From the NCBI RefSeq assembly GCF_018350175.1, contig NC_058368.1, forward strand, positions 207,144,001-207,208,000: a stretch of DNA of 64,000 bases. Reading direction: 5' to 3'. A program made the position numbers and the translations under genes. The DNA is from Felis catus. Lineage: Eukaryota. The notes beneath the pieces were generated by a model. The model was not told where the DNA came from. It searched no databases and worked only from the letters and a program-made list of their open reading frames with translations. Positions 26,501 to 37,899 of this stretch are shown here, piece after piece (within the stretch, counting starts at the first letter, position 1; the number at the start of each line of letters is the position of its first letter).

Positions 26501-27614
26501 TAAATGCTGCGCCTCCTCAAGGGAGTGGCAGGTTCTTCCAAGTAAGAATTGAAGCAAACAAGATAGGCAGAATACAAAAATGATCATTGCTACTGCCACA
26601 CATCCCTGGGAAGACAGACGGGTAGCAGAAGTGGTGAAGTTCTGGCAACTGCTAAGTGGAGCCGGAATTTAAATATGAACTATACAACTGAAATCTAAGA
26701 TCTTTTCTCTTCTAACAAGAACACGTGCCCTTTTCTACTTTGAAAAGATCTTTTCTAATGCTACAATCTAGAAAGGTACACAGAAATGGTTTTCTGTGTG
26801 ATGGTGGTTTAACACCGACTGGAAATCCTAGGCAGAGTCGGGACTCAATAAACACGAGTAACCTTTCCTTAATTGGAAATTTCTTCCAGCCGTCAGTAGA
26901 CATATGTTTAATAATTGCCCTCTATGAGTAAGGGCCTAAAACTGAATAATATAAAATGGTATTTTGGAGGAATATGGTGAAGGAATATCTGAGGGAAGTG
27001 TAAAGGCACTAACTTTTCATTTTCTTTATTACGAAGACAATAGATGACATTTAAGGGGAAATATGGATAAGTATGAAAATATGTAGGTAAAAAACAAGGA
27101 AAAAGCTTAAAAAGTTGAAATTTAATACTTAAGGTCATTCCATAAGTTGAAAAATAGGTTAATAAAAATTCCATAAATATTATTAGTTGGTAAGAAAAAA
27201 CGTTTTAAGTTAATTTACTAAAAAGGCTTTTAAAGAAGACAAAATTTCATAAAAATATCATATATATCTTGACAAAGACAACATTGTAAGTCTAGAAATA
27301 GCTGAATACCTCTATACTATAAATTTCCTTCAGTATATCACATTTTTCTTAGAAGAAAAGAAAATACTTATTTTCTGCCCACACCTATTTTGTGAATGAC
27401 TATCCAATACAATGTTATACTGAAATCCCAGATTGTTTCAACCAAACCATAAGTCTGAGATATGAAATTAGCTACGATATACTGAATTGCAGCCCAGGTA
27501 AATTACTGTTTGCTCTGGGGACCACTATTGAACGTGGATCACTTTCAACATGATTTTTAAATTACGTAATTACATTTATTTGGTTTGTTTCTAGAGGAAA
27601 TATGCACAGTTCAC

Positions 27615-27633
27615 TGCTGCCCTCTGCTGCATG
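27615..27633 (-). promoter_or_regulatory. Candidate CTCF motif
   Basis: minus strand catGCAGCAGAGGGCAGCA; one mismatch to the CCASYAGRKGGCRS core. Confidence 0.35.
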
Positions 27634-27989
27634 GAAGGGTGAGGAAATAAAGAACTGTCACAGAAACTTGCTATTTGACCTATGCTTACCTGATTTGCTG
27701 TGTTAACCACACCCTCCACACTTTCTGTGAAAAATGAAATACAGACTGATATTACAAAAGGAGATGCTGGATTCGATTGTTAGTGCCTCTAGAACACCCT
27801 CATACTTTTAGAGAGAAGACGGTAATTAAAAAAAGAAAACTCAGACAAGAAGATCTTTGTGAAGTAACTACTATTTCAAAGACAAAGTCTGGAAGAAAAT
27901 TATCTCATTACCAATAGGTCAGGATAGCTTTTCTTAAGTGATTTACTGCCTGACACAGGAAGATGAGTTAGAGAACATATCGTTCAAAT

Positions 27990-28847
27990 GCCCAGTCAAT
28001 GATAAAATCTCATTGTTGCTAATTCAATTTTACACTTTAGAAATTTCAGAGCTCTTTTTATCATATGTAGAATGCCTCCAGCTATCACTTCTAACAGGTG
28101 GCTTTCCATAATAGCAAGAAGTCTTAAACAACCTTCTGACAAATAAACGTTTATTATAAGCAAGAAATCACCCAATCTAGCCACATGAGTCCGGAGCATT
28201 CCCACTGGGTCCTCATGGACTCTCATGAGCAAAGTGCAATGTCAGTCCTTTGGCAGAGTCATCCAACACTGGAGGCAGTTCACAAAGTGACTGCTCTATA
28301 AGTGGGATGCAGTGGCAGTATGGGACAGTCAGAACCAAACATTACACAGACAGCATAACATCCCATTCTAAAAAACAAAAGTACCTTCTTACGTTGCCAA
28401 AATAACATTAACTCCTGTAAACAAAATAACAGAATACTGCCCAATAAAACTAAAAGTGGTTCCTGAATATCATCACCTGGTCCATTTCCAGTTCCCACAT
28501 ATACCCAAAATGTGCTTTGTAACATCTAAGCAGTGTCCCTCAATGCCTTTTGGGCGACACTTTGACTTGGACAATGGCTTTTTGCGAGTAGGGATTTCCC
28601 CACATTAGTTGGGAATATTCTTCTATCCCTGGATCCTTGTGCAAAAAAAGGGTTATTTTGGAGCTGCATTTAATCGCAGAATCAATCCACCTTTTTATCA
28701 GACATGGCCAAAATTGTTCTGTGATAGGAGTGGGTGCACCAGACCAAACAGAGCTTTGGGATGACAATGCCACACATCTTGGATTCTTACATTTTGCTCC
28801 TGCAAGGCAATTGTCCAAAGTGGATGAAGATGGAGTTCAAAGATTCC
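27990..28847 (-). mobile_element. Putative ancient RTE-clade RT-domain fossil
   Basis: ordered remnants: SIFIHF / AKCKNPRCVALSS (cf. SVFIPI..AKECSNYRTIALIS); GIEEYSQLM..YSQKAIVQV; YCHCIPLIEQS..KGLTLH (cf. YADD..LMAES..GLKLN); FLKCKIELATMRFY; by eye. Confidence 0.4.
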
Positions 28848-28899
28848 CTGAGATTAAAAAACAAACAAACAAACAAAAACCTCCCAGGATATATTAGTG

Positions 28900-29220
28900 T
28901 TTTGTGCTTTATATCTAGTAATTATTTGATAGTTGACAGATATTGGCTTAAATTTGCTTTCACTGCACCATTTCACCTTTTAAAGAAGCTATGAAAGAGC
29001 TTCTAAAAGCTAGAGGTACTGATATTTATCACCTCCAAAAGAAAAAAGAAATTTCTGACAACTGATAAATGGTTGAATCGGTCAGATTTGAGAACTGATA
29101 CCAAAGGTGGTGAATTATTAAAACCAACAGAAGATTCGAGAGATTGCAAGATGGAGGGGACATTGTGAACAACAGTGGGAAATTTGGAATATTCTTGTGA
29201 GTTAAACCGCAGGTAAAGTA
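28900..29220 (+). mobile_element. Putative ancient RTE-clade post-RT fossil
   Basis: TDKWLNRSDLR...KIREIARWRGHCEQ across frameshifts (cf. DKIRNEDIR..KIRERRLRW.GHVER). Confidence 0.35.
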
Positions 29221-29384
29221 CAATTACCAAGCGAAACACTAAAACCAATATATTTTAGAATACTAATATCAAAGATGATGCAAAATCAAAGAGTAATGGA
29301 GTTGACCAGAGAAAATTTGCTGGAGATGAGCTTTAAATCATCTGTTAATGGGAAAAACAAACAAAAAAACCCAGACATTTAAAT

Positions 29385-29715
29385 ATAGGAAACAAACTGT
29401 TGGTTGTCAGGGGGAGCTGGGTGAGGGGATGGGTAAAATAGGTGATGGGATTAAGGACCAGTGAGTGATGTATGGAAGTGTTGAATCACTACATTGTACA
29501 CCTGAAACGAATCTAACAATGTATGTTAACTATACTGGAATTATAAAATAAAGTAAAATAAGTAAAGTAAAATAAAATTAAAATAAAATAAGAGTACACT
29601 TATCTTGATGCGCACTGAGCAATGTATTGAATTGTTGAATCATTGTATTGTACACCTGAAACTAACATATCACTGTATGTAAATTATACTTGAGAAAAAT
29701 GTAAAAAATAAAAAA
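29385..29715 (+). mobile_element. Carnivore L1 3' end with tandemly repeated terminal segment
   Basis: tgttgaatca..ttgtacacctgaaac occurs twice, each followed by an A-rich tract. Confidence 0.85.
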
Positions 29716-30082
29716 GTGAAATTACCATACACGTTAAAAAAATCAGCTCTTAACCCAAGAAAGAAGTCTGATTGAATTAAAAGAATCAGGTCTTTCTAGT
29801 TTGAAAGGACAATCCTTAATGCTTTAGACAGATGAAGAAGTTCTCTAGGTAGAAAAGCCTGGATAATACAAGTAAGTCACAAAGATGAGAACTACAGTGT
29901 AAAGAGAATCTAATGAAATGAGGCCAGCCAGCCTAAGCTTTTGTAACATAATTTTGATGTTGCCAACACTTGTAATCTACGCAGTAACTCCACCACACTT
30001 TCCAGCAAAAGGTGGCAAAGTCCCCTTTCAAGCTGAAAATTAAAAAAAATATATTTTAGTTATGTAAGAATTAAATGCATTT

Positions 30083-30284
30083 GAGGTGCCTGGGTGGCTT
30101 AGTTGGTTAAGCGTTGGACTCTTGATTTCAGCTCAGGCCATGATCTCATGGTTCATGAGTTCAAGCCCCACATCGGACTCTGTGCTGTCAGCGCGGAGCT
30201 TGCTTGGGATTCTCTCTCTGTCCCTCCCCTGCTCATGCTCACTCTCTCTCTCTCTCAAAATAAATAAATGAACATTTAAAAAAT
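30083..30284 (+). mobile_element. CanSINE
   Basis: TSD aattaaatgcatt at 30069-30081 and 30285-30297. Confidence 0.9.
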
Positions 30285-30779
30285 AATTAAATGCATTAAA
30301 ATTTTGTTTTTGGCATAAATTTCTATTTAGATTTTCAAGAAAAAAGTAAAAGTTTAAGTATTGAAAATGAATGTAGCCCATTAACATACAGAATAAAAAC
30401 AGAAGCAATGCTACAGAAAAGACAAGGACTACGTAAGTAATCAATAATGTGATCAATGAATTTATTTCCTTGCCAGGCAAAGGAACACAGACCAATAAAG
30501 CAACTTACCATTAACTTAGTGAAATGTCTTTATCTTAGTGGAAAAAAATCAATGGGTTTTAATGTGCTGAAAAGGTGGAGTTTGTTATAGTAATGCTACT
30601 TAAGGATTGAAAATAGACATTCCGGACGGGACAGAATGGTTCCTAAGTCTGTACTTAACTGATTAAAATGAGTCCGGTTGTTCCTTGTTCAGGAAGGCAT
30701 CTGTTAAATCTGGTGAGAGTGTAGGGTACTGATAGCTCTCAAAATTCTTTGTCATTTATCACCTGAAGCAGATGGCCTT

Positions 30780-31330
30780 TCAAAGTTCCTGGTCATCAGT
30801 TTCAAAGAGTTGTGATGAAAAATATCATTTAGTTTTGATACCTTTTAGGCAAGCACTGGCTTAAGAGGAGAAATGTCATTTTACACAATGTGCAAGTTAT
30901 CTAAATTGGATATCTGTGTGACTAAATTTCTCTACTACGTCTTACCCTTCTACTTCCTGTACCTCATGGCCCCAAACGGACAAGGTTGGCAAAAACAGAT
31001 CACATTGGGTGTGATTTCTGATAAAGGTAACATGAATAAACTTCCCAGGTATAAGGTTCATTGCTTAACATTTCTGTACCTTGAATGAGTAACAGGATCG
31101 TGTGGGATAATGCTTTCCATTTGCTGGAAATGGGTCACTTGGATTCATCAGGAATAACTTGATCCATTTGTTCTCATACAACTTATTAGATTTACTAAAA
31201 CCATAAAGTTAAATTTATATTCTTGGGAAAAAAGCTGTATGAGCCAACATGAATTTACAATAATATGAAATTCTATACCTCTTTCTTTTGACCAGAATAC
31301 ATTGGCCAATTTCACAAGTAATTTCACGTT
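30780..31330 (-). mobile_element. Putative ancient RTE-clade RT-domain fossil
   Basis: KERGIEFHI..WLI..EYKF; KLYEN..SDPFP (31125-31184); QPCPF; LDNLHIV*NDISPL (30863-30913, cf. INNLRYADDIALL); KLNDIFHHNSLKL. Confidence 0.45.
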
Positions 31331-31669
31331 GCCTGAGGATAACCCTTCAAATATAGCAAAGTATGCCCTTCCTTATTCAGAGTGAGTTGGAAATGTGACC
31401 TGTAACTAAAGCACAATGATTCAACTTCTCTTTAACAGAAGAGACATCAATGATTGGCATCTCCTGAAATGAGTTATGTTCTTTTATGATGTTTGCCAGT
31501 TGGCATGTTGAAATGCAGCCCTTCATATATGCCCTATTTTAATTTAGAAGCTCTCCAAGTTAAAAATGGCAAAGACTGGCATGTAAATAGCTAATATCAA
31601 ATGGAAGGTATACTAGTAAATGCCAGCTCATCCACTAATCTCCCATATAGTTATTAAACTAAGGTAGTT

Positions 31670-31870
31670 TGCCTATGTGACCACCACCTGTGGTTATGTA
31701 GCCTTAGACAAGTTACACAAATTTTATGTGACTTCATTTCCTCATTTGTAAAGTAGAAATAATAATAGCATCCACTCACAGGGCTTTTGTGAAGAACAAA
31801 TAAGATAATACATGTAAAACTCCTAGAATGGAGCCTGACACATATCAAGTAGAAAATATGTTAGCTACCA
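31670..31870 (+). mobile_element. MIR
   Basis: ccttagacaagttac..ttcatttcctcatttgtaaa..gcctgacacata. Confidence 0.75.
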
Positions 31871-33019
31871 ATATTATTGCTACCAAATTCTGTACATTTT
31901 GGTGACATCATATTGTTCATTATTACTCTACCATGAAATCATTCTGCCAATTCATCAAGTCAAGAACCAGGAAGAATAATTCTCATGGGCATGGCATTTT
32001 ATTTTTGGGAGATTATGAATAGTCAGGTTAGTTTCGAGTTAGAAAATCTGAGATAAAAGGAACTAGGGACATTAATTACTTTCTTAGATGGGTCTAAAAC
32101 GGAGTAAGTAATAAAAGAATTCTCAGGTTTGACACACCCTGATCACCAGCTATGTGAGTTATAGAAGAAATTAATTGTAGAATTGTGAGTAATGCTTATT
32201 TTCTTCTTTATGCTTTCCTTTATCTTTACATTTTTCTAAGCCAACCAAGCCAATCACTTCTACAGCAAAAATTAAAGTAAGCAAACAAAAACAAACTCTG
32301 ACAATGTTTTTTAAAGGAAGAAACCAAAGAAAATGTTAATTGAATAGTAACTCCACTTGTTGAAAATAAATTTTTGTGATTTTACTAAATAAGCTTTAGT
32401 TACCTAAAACAGCTAGAAGCCAAAAATCATAATCTGATGATATGCATAGATGAGGAATAGCCACAGTGATATGGAAAAATAATTTCCAATTTATTGTCTA
32501 TGAAAAACTTGTTCTAGACTCATCTTGGGTGATAATGGGAGACATCCCCTCCACCAACACACTCAAAACAGAGCAAATGCAATATAGAAACATTAACACT
32601 AATATCTGTTAGTACTAAAATCGTGAGCTCCAAACCCTTATTTGCCTACTAATGGAAAGCACCTCTTCAACTGTCTTTGAGGATTCTCAAGGGTGCTCAC
32701 AAACTGTGTCTCATCAGTTCTGGCCTTTTGCCTCCTCCTGCTATTGCTGCTGCTCCTCAGCCTGGTTTGACTTCAAACCAGTCAAGGTGCCACCTTGGAG
32801 CTAAAACCCTACTCCTGATCCATTACTGTATCACCATACTTTCTGCATGACACTCAGTTTGGGGAAAGGTCCTGTAGCAAGGGCATACATGCTTTAACAT
32901 CTCTTGGTAGTTAATGACAGAGCTCTTCCACTTGCTACATGAGAACATGGCCAAGGCAGGTTCTCATGACCCAGGCACCCACTGAGAGGGCAGCTCCATG
33001 CAGCCACGAGTTTCCTTGA

Positions 33020-33474
33020 CTTGAAGTGTCACAGTTGCCACCGTCCCCTCTGCTAGAGAATACCTCCTGATTTACCCAGGCATCAGTATTATATATGGTG
33101 AGATGAATATTTGCCAACTATTGTGTTCATTTATTCTGCGCAGTCAGGGAATACTCCACAGCAAAGATGCAGGAGTCCCCAAATGTTGTAGCTGTTTCTG
33201 AGTTCATGTATTTCGTCATTGATCCCAGGTCATGCAAATACCTCCACAGTCCCCAACTGGAATGAGTTTCAAAATCATTGAGGTCCTTATATCAGCAGGA
33301 CTTTTTGCTAAATGTGGACTCACAATCCAGATTCTTCTGTTTGGGGTTCTGTTGACTTTGTGATCTGTGCATTGTTGAGGCCATTCAAATTGATCAAAAA
33401 TACATTTGTGTATCATTGTTTAATATATTAACATAGTTCCAGTCTCTTTTCCCATCCCCAAGAAGTCAACCTTT
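33020..33474 (-). mobile_element. Putative ancient RTE/RTE-X (L4-like) post-RT fossil
   Basis: IHKCIFDQF; DCES; KDLNDFETH..LWRYL; MTWDQ*RNT; LRRINEH (cf. YGCESW..KLNAFE..LRRIL.ITW..N..LRRMNE). Confidence 0.4.
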
Positions 33475-36400
33475 CTGCAGATTAGTAGATTCAGATAAAT
33501 AAGATACCTACAAACTCTTGGTCTTACAAGATATAGGAGTGAATGCCTTTATCCACCCCAGATAAGTTTCAAATAAGTGTACCTTTAGCATGTATTCACT
33601 TCCCAAGAAATGAAGTTGGTAGCTCTGGTTTTCGCCCCCTTTTACCTTTTCATGTTTCAACCAAGTGAAGAACTGAAGTTCATAGACCAAAGAGTAGTTA
33701 GCCAGCTGTCTAAGCATGAACTGTTAAAACTCTGGGAGTTATCATTGTTTTTGACTGTTTGCTTATGATATAATTATTTGCATAAGCAGTAGGAGATAAC
33801 ATATACATTTTATATCTTTTTTGATCAAAAGTAAATACTTGAAAGTATTAAAACAGTATGGAATTAAGGAAAGGTAAAAGTGTGAGAAAGAGAGTGAGAA
33901 AAAGCACAGGAAAACCAAGGAAGTGTGCTGATGTCCTAACACTGGTTATGTTGGAAATGATTTTGGAGGAAATATTTGGGAATTTTTTCACTTTTTTGTA
34001 TAATTGTAAAATGGTGTGATTGAGGATGTTTTACTTTTTTGGTAATATGGAAAAAATAATTTGAAAAGCATAGTAATTTACTTTCATCTTCAGGGTGCAC
34101 ATTTTTACCCTGACATTGCGTTAGTACTGAATAGTTTCTCTAGATTTTGATGTCATAGAAATAGAAATAACGTCAACTCTTTTGCCACAGATTATTTTTA
34201 ATTTGAATGTTCTGCTATTCACTAAAATGATATTAGTGTAGTCCAGCTTTTCCATTCCTGAATGTTATCCTTAAACTATCTGATGAAATAAAATTCAGTT
34301 GCTTTCTTATCAGAGCCTAAAAGTATCTGCATTAGAGATGAGAAAGGAACCCATTTCCTATAAATTCAAAATCCAATTCTATTCTGTGTAGGATATAGCC
34401 AAAAGTAGGGTGCACTGTCTTAGATAAGCCATTTAATTTATGTGGAAAACAAGAAACTTCAGCCAGTGTTCAAGAATTTCAAATCTACTGTCTTGAAAGT
34501 AGATTTAGTTTCATATTTATCACACTAATCTTCACTGTTCATTCTCTCTCCCTCCCTCCTCGCTCCCTTTCTCTGCTATTGATACATTTCTGTTGAAAAA
34601 GTACCTGGTATAAATGTCGGGTTGTGAAAAATGACCCCATTTATTTTGTAAACAGTCACATACAATTTCTTACTTTGTTTTTAGATAGCAATAATATTTC
34701 ATAGATTTCCTTGAAAGCTACAACTGATAAAGTCAGTTGTGTAGCCCATATTGGAGTTATTTGTTTCTCTTTAACCTGTCCCTAGCCTGATTTGTGAGCC
34801 TCTATTAGAACAAGTAACTCCCCTAAAAAGAAAAAATCATCTGTATTCTCACCCTCTACCCCAACTCACACTCACATACTCTATAGAAAGAACAGTAAAC
34901 ATAACCCTGTGAATGTAAACTTGAAGTTGAAAAGCCTGAAGCAATGCTGTGGCCAGTGCTGGTGATCAGATATGGAAGAGAGAAAACAAAATTATTGTCA
35001 TATTTTTCTTCTTTACCAGCTTCCTGGATTTCTCTGTTCTATAATATATGATGGAGATCAATGGAGTGGGCGATTTTTTTCTAACTAACCCCAGGCCTGG
35101 AAAAGAATGGCATTTGACTGACTAAGAAGGACATCTCAGTGGAGGAGACTAGTATAGGGTCTCAGTCTTAGGAAGGACAAGGAGCTGGGCTCGTGGAGCT
35201 GGGAACAAGGAAGGCCATAAGGACTTTTGTATTGGAACAGGAAACAGGAAACAATCATTGTGAAACTTAGGAGGAAATGCACCAAAGATTTTACTTGAGC
35301 AAGGCCAGCATCTAGTGCAGTCGTGTCAGTTAATCTGGTGGCCTTTGAAAATTCTTATTTGTCCCCTTGAACCAAAATGATAGTTAGTATTCCACCTGTT
35401 CCATTCTGTCAGCAGAGAAGGATAGAATGTGAGAAGAGATTTTTGGTAAGTCCTGTCCCAAAGATTTAAACAACTAAAAATACAAATCCATGCAAGTTTG
35501 AGTTACCAATTTAGATTCAGGTTAGGAACTACAATTGGAAGAAATTTGAAAGATTTGTGATTCCCTGCATTTGCAATTTTGTAGTTGTTATGTGTAGTGA
35601 CTGGTGAGTTTTTGTTGTTATTCACAGCCTTCCTGATTATCCTTGAGAACAACAAATATCAAAGAAACTATGGTGACTGCATTTTTGAGCTCAATTTTGC
35701 AGGGCAGAAGGAAACTCCAAGGAGCTAGAAGATAAGGTAGCATTTACAAAAGAAGAAGAAAGCATTTGTGTCCTTGGGACCTATCGAAAAGAAGAATGAA
35801 GACTGTGAGTGTCCTAGTTTTGCATGATTTTAGAAGAGATTTTAGTCATAAAAAACATTGGTTGATATTTCTTAAGTTTTAAATTTATTTGCAACGTTTA
35901 TGGAAACTTTTCATTTCTGTAATATTGGATTAAAAGTTTATACAAGTAAGAAGCAGCAGGCTGTTTGGTAAAAGATGTTTAATTGAGTTTTCTAAGGGGA
36001 AGGAAAACAAGGCTTAAACAAAGCCAAATATGAGTATCCCGAAACCTCTCTTCCTCAAATTATCTTATCCTCAGACTTGCAGAGGTATAGTTGTACTAAT
36101 GGGTACACTCATTACATTAGTAAAAGACAATCTGGTCCATTCACTTGGCATAATTCTAGGAACAGAAGCATATTTTAGTAGTAAGTTATAAATTTCTTAC
36201 CAAATATGCTTCCTGTATGTCCCCACACCAAGTAGTTAACAGGCTGCAAAAAAAGTAATAAGACAATCCTCTGAGAACTATTTTATTAAGTCATTTCCTT
36301 CTTGTGGTTCAGAGTTCAAGAGAGTTCAAAGTTCAAAGAGTTCAAGAGTATAAGCCAAAATGGAACATAGCATTATGCAATACAAATTACAATCAGAAGA

Positions 36401-36827
36401 CTAAGTATACATGAATTCAGAATGCTGATGATCACTCCTCAATCCAAAAACATAAATAGTTTCAGGCATTTGCTCATGTTCCCCTCTGGCCTAGAATAAT
36501 GTAGTAGTTAGGGATGGCAGTCATCACCTGTTTGCTCAGATAGCCCTCTGAGGTAAGACTGTTCCTAATTAGAGGCAGTTAATATATGGGATGTTGAATC
36601 ACTTGGTATGACATGAGAGTTAATCAGATTCTCTCTGTTGACTGCAGTTGAAAGTAAAGAATTCACAATTGGAAAGCTGAGAGACAGGAGGACCAAAACT
36701 CCTAGACTATGGCCAAGTCATAACTGCAAAGTCTTCGAGGACAAAATCCATTAACTACGAATTTTGAGTTTTCAAGATTCCAAGAAATCCATACCCTTCC
36801 TATCTAGCTCTAGGTTTTGTAATTTCA

Positions 36828-36892
36828 ATTTTTCTTTTTAACATTTATTTATTTTTGAGAGACAGAGAGAGACAGAGCACAAGAGAGGGAGG

Positions 36893-36936
<44 letters not shown>

Positions 36937-37062
36937 ATCCAAAGCAGGCTCTAGGCTCTGAGCTGTCAGCACAGAGTCTGATGGGGGGCTCAAACCTACA
37001 AGCCCTGAGATCATGGCCTGAGACAAAGTCGGACGCTTAACTGACTGAGCCACCCAGACGCC
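36828..37062 (-). mobile_element. CanSINE with expanded (GA)n
   Basis: reverse head gagccacccagacgcc; T tail. Confidence 0.9.
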
Positions 37063-37899
37063 TCACAAACTCTAGGTTTATTGAGACCTTGGTGTGACTT
37101 CTCTTCCCAAATTTCCATGAGAAGCCATTTATTTTCCCAAGGGCAGCTTCATAATAAATTGAATTAGCTTGAATTTTTTCCATTTGTTGCAACTATAAGA
37201 AGCAGACCAAAATACCCTCTACTCTATTTTCCACCAAAGTAAAATCTCTTCCAGGCATTATTCAGCTTACAGTCTCCAAGTAGCATTCTTTTAGCCTATC
37301 TTATACATTTCCTCCTAATAGAAATGTACAAGTTTGTATCATATAAATCAACCATTATTTATTTTCTCTAGTTGTTTTCTTTTCCTTGTTCTGTGCATTT
37401 TACAAGAACTGGGAGCAAATTTTCTTTTCTTGTATCCCGTATAGCACATGATACACTCACATATCAAATAGGAGCTTTGAAAAAATATTATAATTTAAGA
37501 GACCCAACTAAGTGGAAAGGAAAATAATAGAATTGGATTAAATAGGTGGGATTAATAACCGAAGGCTTTTATCTCATGTGATTCCAGTTTCCCTGAACTT
37601 CCAACTGTAGACTGAGTCAGCCATCAAAAATCTTCAGTTGCCACCTGCTCTGGGCCAGACATAGCAGGGCTCACAATATTCTTCCTCCTCATCATGAGTC
37701 CAGCCCAAGTCTCAAGGATTATCACATGGATGTCAGTCCCCTATTCTTCTATAACAGCATTATGTCATCTCCCACCCTCCTCCATCTTCCCAAGTGTTTC
37801 CCTTGTGGCTTCTGGAACTCCTAGTCTGTTGTTCCCACATCCCACAATCCCTCCTCTGAAATTCCCTACCCCTTATTGCTCTAAATGAAATTTGGCTCT

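Noticed and set aside
27996..28525. Class C GPCR (V2R/GPRC6A-like) pseudogene suggested by HEDPVGML and nearby cysteines
   Set aside because: No 7TM continuation or proper cysteine spacing; the RTE-like reading explains more motifs in order.
30678..30718. 20-nt micro-exon (ttgttcag|...|gtgaga)
   Set aside because: Isolated, frame-shifting length and no partner exons; expected by chance.
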